From an uncultured Chloroflexia bacterium (lineage in GTDB: Bacteria > Chloroflexota > Chloroflexia > Thermomicrobiales > UBA6265): a DNA stretch of 64,000 nucleotides. The translations under genes and the position numbers were made by a program. Shown here piece after piece: positions 9,967-19,502 of the stretch. The notes under the pieces were generated by a model. That model was given only the letters and a program-made list of their open reading frames with translations. It made no database searches and was not told the DNA's origin. The DNA is taken from NCBI GenBank assembly GCA_963724295.1, contig CAVRUC010000008.1, positions 256,001 through 320,000 on the forward strand, given 5' to 3'. Each line of letters opens with the position of its first letter. Positions within the stretch are counted from its first letter, which is position 1.

Positions 9967-10200
9967 TCAGGGGGTGTCGCTAACGCTCAGGGGGAGGCGG
10001 CGGTTTCACCGCCTCAGGGGGTGTCGCTTCGCTTAGGGGGAGAAGGGGGAGAGGAGGACGACGAAGCTTCGCCTCCTGCGCCTCGTCTTACTTCACCCCC
10101 TGAGTCCGCGCAGCGGACGCCACCCCCTGAGGGAGCGCAGCGACCGGCTCCCCCTGAAGCCGCACCGCGGCTGCCACCCCCTGAGCGCAGCGGCTCCCCC
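9967..10200. repeat. Modular palindromic intergenic repeat (TCAGGGGG left arm / CCCCCTGA right arm)
   Basis: CCCCCTGA at 10096, 10123, 10150, 10177 (27-nt period). T(C/T)AGGGGG at 9967, 9987, 10014, 10033. Spacers form small hairpins. Confidence 0.85.
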
Positions 10201-11375
10201 TACATGCGGTACAGCTCCCGGGCATTGCCGGAGAGGATGAGTCCGGCGGCCGACTCGGCGTCACACTGGGTGAGCATGCCGTCGCTGACCAGCTCGGCGA
10301 GGACCGAGGCGACGGCCTGCTTGCCGAGCTTGGCGCTCGTGTACATGATCTCGGGGACCCTATATCCGTCGGAGCCGTAGCAGATCTTCGTCAGCGGCGC
10401 CATCGCCAGCACGCCGCGCAGGATGTCCCAGGCCGCATTGCCGGCGAATGGGATGCCTTCGCTCAGATCACACCAGACACGCGGCAGCACGTTCGCCATG
10501 TAGGCCGCCTCGCGGTGGTATGGATAGCCGCCGTGCACCAGCAGCACGTGGCAGCCGCGGTATGCGGGAAAGCGCAGCAGGTCCATCAGGTAGCCGGGCC
10601 GGCAGAGGACGAGGTTGACCTCGAAATCGCCCATGCCGGTGTGGATCTGCATCGGCACGTCGTGCTCCATGCAGAGATCGAGAGCGCGGCAGAGCAGGTG
10701 GTCGCGGAGCTGCTTCATGCTGCCGCCGCCGAGACCGCGCCGGATCGCATCCAGCGCCTGAAATCCCTGATCCGGCGTGCGGCTGAGTGGGGAGACGTCG
10801 AGGCCGGTCCGGTAGGCGATGATCGACTTGACCCCCTTGAAGCCCTGGTTGGTCAGAGCGTCGGCGATGGTGTCGTCGTAGCGCCGCTGGAACTCGGGCC
10901 ACCCGATGTCGGTCTTCAGAAGGTCGGCGATCAGCGGCTCGATGCGGAAAACCGGCACGACCTCGATTGGCAGCTCGGCTCGCACCGCGGCGACATCAAA
11001 GATCGGCAGCGGGAAGCCGAAATCGAATATCAGCGTGTCGAGGCCGGCCTCCCCATACAGCTTCGAGACGTACTCCGAGTAACCAGCGGCGACGGCCGCA
11101 TTGCGCGCATCCAGCACCGCGTCGAGGTCCGGCTCCACGTCGAAGAAACGCGCCAGGTCCAGGATCATGCGCTTGAAGTAGAGGGTGTTGCGTTTGCCTC
11201 GCTGCAACTCGGCGCGCACCTCTTCCGACCAGGCCACGCCGCCTTGCTCCAGATATGCACGAGAGCCGCCGCCAAAAGCCGTCAGATCGGTGAACTCCTC
11301 CGCCGAGACGGGACCTCGGTTGAGGAACGGATGGCAGTGAACGTCGACGACGGGTAGATGATCGACCTCGATCAT
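10200..11375 (-). CDS. Amidohydrolase_2 family protein (similar to the FluG/NodGS N-terminal domain)
   Basis: Motifs 'VDVHCHP', 'KSIIAYRTGL', 'QIHTGMGD', 'LVHGGYPY' and 'YGSDG'. Confidence 0.85.
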   Translation of the reverse strand: MIEVDHLPVVDVHCHPFLNRGPVSAEEFTDLTAFGGGSRAYLEQGGVAWSEEVRAELQRGKRNTLYFKRMILDLARFFDVEPDLDAVLDARNAAVAAGYSEYVSKLYGEAGLDTLIFDFGFPLPIFDVAAVRAELPIEVVPVFRIEPLIADLLKTDIGWPEFQRRYDDTIADALTNQGFKGVKSIIAYRTGLDVSPLSRTPDQGFQALDAIRRGLGGGSMKQLRDHLLCRALDLCMEHDVPMQIHTGMGDFEVNLVLCRPGYLMDLLRFPAYRGCHVLLVHGGYPYHREAAYMANVLPRVWCDLSEGIPFAGNAAWDILRGVLAMAPLTKICYGSDGYRVPEIMYTSAKLGKQAVASVLAELVSDGMLTQCDAESAAGLILSGNARELYRM

Positions 11376-11377
11376 GG

Positions 11378-12739
11378 TTAGACAATCTCCAGGTAGGTCT
11401 CCCGTTCCCACGGGTGAACGTGCGTCTCGTAGATGGCCAATTCGTGTCGCTTGACGGTCAGGAAGTGTTTCAGGGCGGGTTCCCCCACGGCCGCGGCCAC
11501 CACCTCGTCTCGCTCCAGGGCGGCCAGCGCCTCAGGTAGCGAGCGAGGCAGGTAACCGATGCCATGGCGCTCGACTTCTTCCGCCGTCAAGTGGCCGATA
11601 TCGCCCTGGAAGGGGGGAGGCGGAGCGAGCTGCTGGCGGATGCCGTCGGCCCCCGCGCCGAGGAGACCGGCCAGGAGGAGATGGGGCTGTGCGCTGTTAT
11701 CTGGTGAGCGGAACTCCAGATGACGCCGCTTGCCGGCGCCCGGGATGCGGACCACGCCCGAACGGTTACCGTAGCCCCAGTAGGTGTTCGCCGGCGCCCA
11801 GGTGCCAGGTTGCAACCGCTTATAGGAGTTGACCGTTGGCGATCCGAGACCGGTCAGCGCATCGGCGTGCTCCAGGATCCCGCCGAGGAACCAGCCTCCC
11901 ACCTTGGAGAGCGAAATGTCATCCTGATCGGAGGCGGTCAGGTCCTGCTCGCCGGCCTCGTCCCAAAGACTGAGGTGGACGTGGAGGCTGCACCCGGCCC
12001 AGTGGCTGTAGGGCTTGGGCATGAAGGTCGCGACATAGCCTTGATCGCGCGCCAGATCGCGCACCGCGTCCTTGAGCGAGAAATAGTCGTCGACAGCACG
12101 AATCGGGTCCGCATGGCGAACCGACATTTCGTACTGCCCGGGACCGTACTCCTTGCCGAGCTGGGCGACGGTCACGCCCATCGCGCGCAGCTCGTCGACG
12201 ACGCGCTCGACGAAGACCCGCTCCGAGGCAAGGCCGGCCTGACTGAACATTCGTGTGGAGTTGGTCGGAGCGTATTCAGCACCGTTCTCAGCCAGGGCAC
12301 GGAGCAGGTAGAACTCCGGCTCGAGCGCCACCTGCGCCGAGTAGCCGAGGTCGCGCAACTCGTCGATCGCCGCCGCCAACCTCGTGCGCGGACAGCCTTC
12401 CCAGACCGAGCCGTCGCTGGCGCGCATCCAGGCGTGGCAGTGGGCCGTTCCAGGGTAACGTGGGAGGATGGCGTAGGATCGGGGATCGGGAACGGCGAGA
12501 AAATCGCCGGAGTCGGCCAGCAGGGTGGCCCCCATCGACTGGTGGTCGTCGGCGGCCATGTTCAGATTCGCCATGGCGAAGACCACGCCGTCATTGACGG
12601 CGCTGCGGAAACTCTCGCGCGGCAGCGTCTTGGCCTGAGCTCGGCCACCGTAATCGTGATAGGCGACCCAGAAGTGCTCGATCGCGTCGGCGTCGAGGCG
12701 TGCCAGCAGAGACGCGCTGTCGATCGGCCGGTCATTCAT
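11378..12739 (-). CDS. Glutamine synthetase-like gamma-glutamyl ligase
   Basis: Motifs 'EPEFY', 'EYGPGQYE', 'TFMPKP', 'GCSLHVHLSL', 'NSYKRL', 'NRS...RIP' and 'LEFRSPD'. It lacks FDGSS and has PGTWAP in place of PGYEAP. Confidence 0.88.
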   Translation of the reverse strand: MNDRPIDSASLLARLDADAIEHFWVAYHDYGGRAQAKTLPRESFRSAVNDGVVFAMANLNMAADDHQSMGATLLADSGDFLAVPDPRSYAILPRYPGTAHCHAWMRASDGSVWEGCPRTRLAAAIDELRDLGYSAQVALEPEFYLLRALAENGAEYAPTNSTRMFSQAGLASERVFVERVVDELRAMGVTVAQLGKEYGPGQYEMSVRHADPIRAVDDYFSLKDAVRDLARDQGYVATFMPKPYSHWAGCSLHVHLSLWDEAGEQDLTASDQDDISLSKVGGWFLGGILEHADALTGLGSPTVNSYKRLQPGTWAPANTYWGYGNRSGVVRIPGAGKRRHLEFRSPDNSAQPHLLLAGLLGAGADGIRQQLAPPPPFQGDIGHLTAEEVERHGIGYLPRSLPEALAALERDEVVAAAVGEPALKHFLTVKRHELAIYETHVHPWERETYLEIV

Positions 12740-13901
12740 TCGTCAGTTCCCCATCGGCGGCGATCGCTTGCATCAGTTTGGCGAGCAGCGCCGTGCGGGG
12801 CACGATGCTGCTGAAGAGGATGTATTCGTCAGGACCGTGGTCGAGCCCGCCCACCGGTCCGAGTCCGTCCAGGCCGGGCGTGCGGGCATGGCAGGCGTAG
12901 CTCACGTCCGACCCGCCGCCGGTGCGGGCGCCGCGCAGAGGAAAACCGAGCGTGGCGGCGATGCGAATGGCGTGCTCTTCCAGCCGGACGGTTCCCGGTG
13001 TGCGTTCCATCGCCGGTGTCCCGGCACCAAGGGGTTCGGCCTGTAATTCGACGCCCGGCACCCACGGCATCGCCACGATCCGGTCGAAGGCCGCTGACAG
13101 CTCGGCGAGGTCGGGGGCGGACCAGGCGCGAAGATCGAACATGCCCCGTGCGCGGTCGGCGACCACATTGGGATTCGTCCCACCCTCGATGCGGCCGGGG
13201 TTGACGGTCATCCCCTCTTTCATCCCGTTGAGCTTGAACGTCTCGACGATGACATGGGCCAGCGCGAGGGTTGCGCTGCGTCCCTTCTCTGGTTCGACGC
13301 CCGCGTGAGCCGCCTTGCCCGTCGCCTCGACGGCATACCAGCGCGTCGCTTTGCGCGCCGAGACGATATCGCCATTCTCCCGCGCCGCCTCGAGGGTGAT
13401 CACGGCATGATGGCGTGGTCCCTCCGTCTGCAGGAGCTCGACCGAATGGCGCTCCTCGATCTCCTCGTCAGAGACGACGACGAACGTGATGGTCTCGTAG
13501 TCCCTCCAGCCAACGTCAGCGAGAGCACGCAGCGCGTAAAGACCGGTCAGCAAGCCGGCTTTCATGTCGCAGGTGCCCGGACCAATCAGCTTGTCACCAA
13601 CCGCGGTGACCGGGCGTAGCGCGGCCGTTCCGCGCGGGTAGACAGTGTCGGCATGCCCAAGCAACAGGATCCGTGCGCTGCCCTCCGCCTGTCCGCGAGC
13701 GACCAGATCGTCACCCCAGCGGGTCTGAGGACACCGCTCGACCGAGAAGCCGAGCCGCTGCAATCGCTCCGTCAACCAGTCCTGAACCGCGTCGATCCCT
13801 GCCTTGTCGTCGGTGCCGGAGTCGATGCTCGAAAGGTGGCGCAGGTCGGCCACGTATTCATCGAGGTGCTGTTCGAGGTATCTGACGATGGGGTCGCTCA
13901 T
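12732..13901 (-). CDS. M20 metallopeptidase (carboxypeptidase G2-like)
   Basis: Motifs 'LLGHADTVYP', 'GPGTCDMKAG', 'SDEEI', 'AAHAGVEPEKG', 'GGGSD' and 'GLGPVGGLDHGPDEY'. Confidence 0.88.
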   Translation of the reverse strand: MSDPIVRYLEQHLDEYVADLRHLSSIDSGTDDKAGIDAVQDWLTERLQRLGFSVERCPQTRWGDDLVARGQAEGSARILLLGHADTVYPRGTAALRPVTAVGDKLIGPGTCDMKAGLLTGLYALRALADVGWRDYETITFVVVSDEEIEERHSVELLQTEGPRHHAVITLEAARENGDIVSARKATRWYAVEATGKAAHAGVEPEKGRSATLALAHVIVETFKLNGMKEGMTVNPGRIEGGTNPNVVADRARGMFDLRAWSAPDLAELSAAFDRIVAMPWVPGVELQAEPLGAGTPAMERTPGTVRLEEHAIRIAATLGFPLRGARTGGGSDVSYACHARTPGLDGLGPVGGLDHGPDEYILFSSIVPRTALLAKLMQAIAADGELTNE

Positions 13902-13917
13902 GATGATTCGAACAACC

Positions 13918-15264
13918 TCACCATCCAGCGAACGACGCGATTGCTTCGTCACTGACCTTACCGGCGATAACGTCCTCTACGGCCTGCCGCAAGATATCGA
14001 CGCCCTCCTCGATCTCAGCTCTGGTCAGGATCAACGGCGGGGTGATCTCGAGCACGTTCCCCCAGTTCCCCGCGTAGTAGACAATCAGACCAAGCTCCCA
14101 GGCGCGGTAGACGACTTTGGCGGCGGCAGGCTGGTCCGGCTCGCGCGAGGCGCGGTCCTTGACCAGCTCGACCCCCTGGATCATGCCCAGACCGCGAATA
14201 TCGCCGACGAGATCGACGTCGCCAAGGGCCTGAACCAGGCATTCATGCAAGTAACGACCGAGTTCCGCCGCATGCTGAACGAGGTCGAGCCGCTCGATCT
14301 CGTCCAGCACCGCCAGACCGGCGGCGCAGCCTGCTGCATTGCCGGCGGCGGTAAAGAGGGCGGCGCCCGTGGCGGCATCAAGCACCTCTCGCCGGGCGAC
14401 GACGGCGCTCAACGGCATCCCGCCGCCGAGCGATTTGCCGAGCAGGACGATGTCGGCCTCGACGCCGCCGTGCTCGTACGCAAACATCTTGCCCGTGCGG
14501 GCGAGTCCAACCTTGATCTCGTCGACCGCGAGCAGAATGCCGTGGCGATCGCAGAGGGCCCGCAGCTTCGGCATGAAGTCGAGGGGTGGGATCACGTCGC
14601 CGCCGTCGCTCTGCACCGCTTCGACGAAGACGGCGGCCACGTCCCGCGGCTCGCAAATCGTGCGGAACAGGTAGTGCTCCAGATAGTGCAGGCACTGGTC
14701 GGTCAAGTTCTCGGCCCCGCCCAAGAAGGGAGGATGGTAAGGGTCCGGGTAGGGCGCCTTGATGACGTTCGCTCCCCCGATGACCCCTGTCAGCGACGGG
14801 TGCGCGGAGAGCCCCATCGTCCCGTCGTGCGTGCCGTGCCAGCTCCCGACGAATGAGACGAGGCGGTTTCGGCCCGTCGCCCGCGGCAGCAGGCGCATCA
14901 CCGCCTCGCTGGCGTCCGAGCCGGAGAGCCCGTACCAGACCTTCTTCTCCCAGTCTCCCGGAACGAGACCGATCAGCCGCTCGGCCAGCTCGATTGCCGG
15001 CCGGTTGATCCCGGAGATGAGCCCGCCGAAGGTGGCGCGCTCGAGTTCGGCGATCACGGCGGAGCGCACCCGTTCGTTGCTGTAGCCCAGGCCGGCGAGG
15101 GCCCATGCGGCGCCGAAATCAAGATAGGACCGTCCGTCAACGTCGAAGAGTCGCCCGCCCTCCGCGCCGTCCGCTGCAAATGGCGTGTAGCGGATCTTGA
15201 GCGCGTTGGCGATGGCACGCTCGTCGCGCCGCACTAGATCAGTCGCGGTGACGGTGGTCTCCAC
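13918..15264 (-). CDS. Class III PLP-dependent aminotransferase (GABA-AT-like)
   Basis: Motifs 'SGSDASE', 'GSWHG', 'FVEAVQSDGG', 'VDEIKVGLARTG' and 'LGKSLGGG'. Confidence 0.92.
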   Translation of the reverse strand: METTVTATDLVRRDERAIANALKIRYTPFAADGAEGGRLFDVDGRSYLDFGAAWALAGLGYSNERVRSAVIAELERATFGGLISGINRPAIELAERLIGLVPGDWEKKVWYGLSGSDASEAVMRLLPRATGRNRLVSFVGSWHGTHDGTMGLSAHPSLTGVIGGANVIKAPYPDPYHPPFLGGAENLTDQCLHYLEHYLFRTICEPRDVAAVFVEAVQSDGGDVIPPLDFMPKLRALCDRHGILLAVDEIKVGLARTGKMFAYEHGGVEADIVLLGKSLGGGMPLSAVVARREVLDAATGAALFTAAGNAAGCAAGLAVLDEIERLDLVQHAAELGRYLHECLVQALGDVDLVGDIRGLGMIQGVELVKDRASREPDQPAAAKVVYRAWELGLIVYYAGNWGNVLEITPPLILTRAEIEEGVDILRQAVEDVIAGKVSDEAIASFAGW

Positions 15265-15541
15265 GCCGTTCGCCTTTCCTCTCACGTTTGCCGCGGCGCT
15301 GGCCCAACCGCATTCTCTGCCAGCGAGCTGTTGCGTCGGGCCAGAGGTTGCCGGTTTGAGGCCATGGCTTACATCATGGCTGGTGCGATCGCGGACACAG
15401 TGCGCTACACTCCGGCCGCCTGTTGAAGCGCTGACCGCCTGATGAGTGTGCCCAACGATTTCCCATCCGACAAGGGCTTCTAGCAGGGTGCGCCCGCGGC
15501 TGAGGGAGCAGGACCGGGATCAGAACACTCGGGAGCGTGGC

Positions 15542-16345
15542 GTGAGTACCGGCGCTAGTGACGTGATTCTGGAAGCGAGTGGTGTCAGCCGGAGCTTCCG
15601 GGGGCTTCAGGCACTTGCGGATTACAACCTACGCCTCCAGACCGGGGAGATCCTGGGTGTCATTGGGCCGAACGGCGCCGGCAAGACGACGCTGTTCAAC
15701 GTGATTACCGGGTTCTTACCACCGACCTCCGGAACGATCCGCCTGCGCGATCAGGACATCACCGGAAAGGATCCGGATCAGGTTACCGCCCTCGGTATCG
15801 CCCGCACATTTCAGAACATCCGGCTCTTTGCTCGGATGACGGTGCTGGACAACGTCAAGACCGCCCAGCAACTCCACGGCAAAGCGGGATTCTGGGAGAC
15901 GATCTTCTCGACGCCAAGCTTCCTGAAGAAGGAGCGCGCACTCGAGGAGCGCGCCTACGCGCACCTCGAGTCACTCGGGCTGGCGCGCTTCGCCAACGTG
16001 TACGCCGCGTCCCTGCCCTATGGGTTCCAGCGCAAACTCGAGATCGCCCGCGCGCTGGCGACCGAGCCCACGGTTCTGCTGCTGGACGAGCCGGCAGCAG
16101 GCATGAACGCCCAGGAGACGGCGGAGATCACCGGCTTCATCCGTTCGATTCACGGCCGCTTCGGATTGACGATCGTCGTCGTCGAGCACGACATGACGTT
16201 GATCATGCCCCTCTCCGACCGTATCCAGGTGCTCAATTACGGTCGCATCATCGCCGAAGGCACGCCCGCCGAGATCCGGACTAACCCGAAGGTGATCGAG
16301 GCCTACCTCGGCGTCGACGAACCCGTGGCCGTGGCGAGCTCCTGA
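15542..16345 (+). CDS. Branched-chain amino acid-type ABC transporter ATPase (LivG-like)
   Basis: GPNGAGKT, '[10 protein letters not shown]', '[15 protein letters not shown]' and 'DEPAAGMN'. Confidence 0.93.
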   Translation: MSTGASDVILEASGVSRSFRGLQALADYNLRLQTGEILGVIGPNGAGKTTLFNVITGFLPPTSGTIRLRDQDITGKDPDQVTALGIARTFQNIRLFARMTVLDNVKTAQQLHGKAGFWETIFSTPSFLKKERALEERAYAHLESLGLARFANVYAASLPYGFQRKLEIARALATEPTVLLLDEPAAGMNAQETAEITGFIRSIHGRFGLTIVVVEHDMTLIMPLSDRIQVLNYGRIIAEGTPAEIRTNPKVIEAYLGVDEPVAVASS

Positions 16346-16347
16346 CC

Positions 16348-17052
16348 GTGCTGACTCTGCAGGACGTTCGCGTTTTTTACGGCGCGATTCAGGCGGTGAA
16401 AGGGATCTCGCTCGAGGTGCGGGAGCGAGAGCTGGTTACGATCGTGGGAGCCAACGGCGCCGGCAAGACGACAACCCTGCGCACGATCTCCGGCATCTAC
16501 CGGCCCACGACTGGAAGCATTACGTTCGAGGGTCGCAACCTGGCCGCGCTCCCTTCCCACGAGATCGTCGCACTCGGTATTTCGCAATCACCGGAGGGGC
16601 GACAGATCTTCGGATCGCTCTCCGTGCGTGACAACCTGATGCTCGGCGCTACCCGCCGCGCCGACCGCGCCGGCATCGCGCAGGAGCTGGACTACCTGGT
16701 TTCGCTCTTTCCGGTGCTCGGCGAGCGGATGAACCAGTCAGGCGGCACCCTCTCCGGTGGCGAGCAACAGATGCTGGCCATCGCCCGTGCGCTGATGGCA
16801 AAACCTCGGCTGCTCCTGCTGGACGAGCCCTCTTTGGGCCTGGCGCCGATGCTCGTCAACCGCATTTTTGCCGTCATCTCGCGTCTCAAGGAGACCGGGG
16901 TGACGATCCTCCTGGTCGAGCAGAACGCGCGGAAAGCGCTGGAGATCGCCGATCGCGCCTACGTCATGGAGACGGGGCGAGTCATTCTGGCGGGAGACGC
17001 ACGTGAGCTGGCAGCCAATCCCGAGATCGAAAAGGCGTATCTGGGAGGGTGA
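16348..17052 (+). CDS. ABC transporter ATPase (LivF-like)
   Basis: GANGAGKTT, 'PEGRQIF', 'LSGGEQQMLAIARAL', 'DEPSLGLAP' and 'VEQNA'. Confidence 0.94.
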   Translation: MLTLQDVRVFYGAIQAVKGISLEVRERELVTIVGANGAGKTTTLRTISGIYRPTTGSITFEGRNLAALPSHEIVALGISQSPEGRQIFGSLSVRDNLMLGATRRADRAGIAQELDYLVSLFPVLGERMNQSGGTLSGGEQQMLAIARALMAKPRLLLLDEPSLGLAPMLVNRIFAVISRLKETGVTILLVEQNARKALEIADRAYVMETGRVILAGDARELAANPEIEKAYLGG

Positions 17053-17055
17053 CCG

Positions 17056-17195
17056 AGGGTGATAGGTGTTAGGGTGATAGGGAGTCGCTATCCAGGTTCC
17101 GAGTTGAGGTGGCTCGTCAGTGCTTGGCGTTGTCCGTCCACTTCCGTCCCTCCATCACCCATCACCACGAGCGAAGCGAGTAATCACCCATTACC
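17056..17195. repeat. Heptamer-based palindromic intergenic element (GGTGATA / CCATCAC) with a GCGAAGC mini-hairpin
   Basis: Left arm is AGGGTGATAGGTGTTAGGGTGATAGG. The right arm contains a 30-mer (17158-17187) matching the reverse complement of 22196-22225 at 29/30 positions. Confidence 0.8.
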
Positions 17196-17213
17196 TGCGA
17201 TGGAACATCGCGC

Positions 17214-18110
17214 ATGAGCGGCGCCGAGTTCGGGCAGCAATTGATCAACGCCCTCAGCCTGGGCAGCATCTATGCACTCGTCGCTATCGGGTTGGCGATG
17301 GTTTTCTCGATCCTGCGCCTGATCAACTTTGCTCACGGCGAAACGCTCATGATCGGCGCCGTTGCGTCAGTTCTGTTAGCGGAGCGAGGGCTTCCCTGGC
17401 CGGTCTGGGCGACGCTTGCCGTGGTCATCACGGTTCTGAGCGGGTTAGTCATCGAGCGGATCGCCTACCGCCCGCTGCGCGGCGCACCCGACGTGACCTT
17501 GTTGCTCACGTCGCTTGCGGTCTCGATCGCCCTCCAGAACGGCGCACTGCTTACCTTCGGGTCTCAACCAAGAGCGTTTCCCACTCCCGAGCCACTCGTG
17601 GGTCAGATCCTCCTGCCAGGTCAAGTACAAATCAGTCGCGTCAACCTGGTAACGATCCTGACCGCCGTCATCCTGATGATCGTATTTACCTGGTTCGTGA
17701 CGAAAACCCAGACCGGCGTCGCGATGCGAGCGACCGCCGAGAACGCGATGGCGGCGCGGCTGATGGGGATCAATATCAACACCGTGATCGTCGTCGCGTT
17801 TCTGCTCGGCGCGGCGCTGGCCGGAGTCGCCGCGCTCCTCTGGGGAGCGCGGGTCGGTCGCGTCGAATACAACATGGGGTTCATTCCGGTATTGAAAGCC
17901 TTCGTCGCGACTGTCATCGGGGGATTCGGCTCGATTCCGGGGGCCGTACTGGGCGCATACATTCTCGGCTTTGGCGAGATTTTCCTGGTCGCCCTGCTCC
18001 CGGACGCGCTCACCTCCTACCGTGATGCCTTCATTTTCTCGGCGCTGATCCTGATCCTTCTGTTCCGGCCGCAGGGCATCCTGGGGTCGACCGAGGCGGA
18101 GAAGATCTGA
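17214..18110 (+). CDS. ABC transporter permease (LivH-like)
   Basis: Motifs 'GSIYALVAIGL...INFAHGE', 'KAFVATVIGGFGSIPGA' and 'RPQGILG'. Confidence 0.92.
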   Translation: MSGAEFGQQLINALSLGSIYALVAIGLAMVFSILRLINFAHGETLMIGAVASVLLAERGLPWPVWATLAVVITVLSGLVIERIAYRPLRGAPDVTLLLTSLAVSIALQNGALLTFGSQPRAFPTPEPLVGQILLPGQVQISRVNLVTILTAVILMIVFTWFVTKTQTGVAMRATAENAMAARLMGININTVIVVAFLLGAALAGVAALLWGARVGRVEYNMGFIPVLKAFVATVIGGFGSIPGAVLGAYILGFGEIFLVALLPDALTSYRDAFIFSALILILLFRPQGILGSTEAEKI

Positions 18111-18111
18111 G

Positions 18112-19281
18112 ATGGCGGCAGTCGTTCCCATACAGGGCCCCGTTCGAGAGCGGACCGGAAACCGACCACACCTGCTTCTCGGACTCGTGGTGTTGCTCCT
18201 CGGAGCGTTCGCCGCCTGGTTCGCGGATACCAACCTGAACGGATATCGCCAACAGCTCTTCATTCTGTGCGGCATCTACGCCGTCATCGCCGTGGCCCTG
18301 GCATTGACCTCCGGGTTCACGGGCGTTTTCTCACTCGGTCAAATCGGCTTCCTGGCGATTGGCGCCTACGTTGCGGCCCTCCTCTCCATGCCGCCGATGG
18401 TCAAACAGCCGATGCTCCTGCCGGGTTTGCCGGAGTGGTTGGCCACCTTCGACAGTACCGGGTGGCATCCTCAAGCCGCCCTCCTCTTTGCGTGCATCAT
18501 CTCCGGACTGGTCGCGGCACTCGTCGGGACACTCGTCGGCGCGCCGTTGATGCGCCTTTCCGGCAACTACGTCGCGGTCGCGACGATGGGCTTTCTGATC
18601 ATCGTTCACTCGATCGCGGTGAACTGGGACGACGTGACGCGTGGCGCACGTGGTCTCAGCCAAATCCCAACCACCACGAATCCATGGATCTCCTATATCT
18701 GGACCGCTATCGCGGTCTACGCTGCGCTGCGTTTGCGTAGCTCGCCATACGGCCGAGCAATGATCGCGTCGCGGGAGAATTTGATTGCATCTCGCGGCGT
18801 TGGGATCAATGTCTTGCGCTCGCGGCTGCTGGCCTTCGTGGTTAGCGCCTTCCTGACCGGAGTCGCGGGAGCACTCCTGGCGCACCAGATCGGAACCGTC
18901 GCACCGAGCGGGTTCTACTTCTCGACGACGTTTACCGTGATCATCATGGTCGTCCTGGGTGGTATGGGCAGCATTTCCGGCGCGGTTGTGGGCGCGATCA
19001 TCATGACCATCCTGCCTGAGCTAATGCGACCGATCGAAGACGGGGGGCAGCTCGGGCCGCTCGAGTTCGGCGCTCTCTATGGCATTTCCAACATCATCCT
19101 GGCCGTCGGCTTCATTCTCGTCATGATCTTTCGGCCGCAGGGTCTCTTCGGCGAGCGCGAGTTCGGGCTGGCGCTCTTTGGCCGGCGCACGACTGATCAG
19201 GAGTGGGCCGGCGAGGACATCGCGGTGACGCCGGAGATGGCGCCCGCGGTCGACGAGTCGATCCCCGATCCCCGGGCCTGA
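18112..19281 (+). CDS. ABC transporter permease (LivM-like)
   Basis: Motifs 'GVFSLGQIGFLAIGAY', 'RLSGNYVAVATMGF', 'VVLGGMGSISG' and 'FRPQGLFG'. Confidence 0.92.
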   Translation: MAAVVPIQGPVRERTGNRPHLLLGLVVLLLGAFAAWFADTNLNGYRQQLFILCGIYAVIAVALALTSGFTGVFSLGQIGFLAIGAYVAALLSMPPMVKQPMLLPGLPEWLATFDSTGWHPQAALLFACIISGLVAALVGTLVGAPLMRLSGNYVAVATMGFLIIVHSIAVNWDDVTRGARGLSQIPTTTNPWISYIWTAIAVYAALRLRSSPYGRAMIASRENLIASRGVGINVLRSRLLAFVVSAFLTGVAGALLAHQIGTVAPSGFYFSTTFTVIIMVVLGGMGSISGAVVGAIIMTILPELMRPIEDGGQLGPLEFGALYGISNIILAVGFILVMIFRPQGLFGEREFGLALFGRRTTDQEWAGEDIAVTPEMAPAVDESIPDPRA

Positions 19282-19502
19282 GCGGCATTCAACACCAACG
19301 ACAAGACCTGGGGTGGGGGTTCGTCCCGTCCGCACGACGCTCGGGACGGAGAATTTCACGTTCGGACGCACAACTTGGTACGATGTGAAGGAACCACATT
19401 GCAGTAGGCATGCGGCCGCGCCTGATTGCCGGTGGCTCGGGCTGGCCGCGAGGCAGCGTGGAGCGTCTGAGTGGACTCGGCGCGAGGAAAGGAGTTCGAC
19501 TG

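Noticed and set aside
10096..10200. CRISPR-like array (regular 27-nt period)
   Set aside because: The constant part is only about 8-10 nt, spacers are 19-nt hairpins reused elsewhere, the arms are inverted, and no cas genes are present.
9862..10380. ORF with Pro-rich 9-aa repeats, and the similar N-terminus of 50725-51186
   Set aside because: The repeats are simply the translation of the 27-nt DNA modules.
11378..12739. Housekeeping glnA
   Set aside because: Ammonia-site motifs are altered and the context is catabolic, so no gene symbol was assigned.
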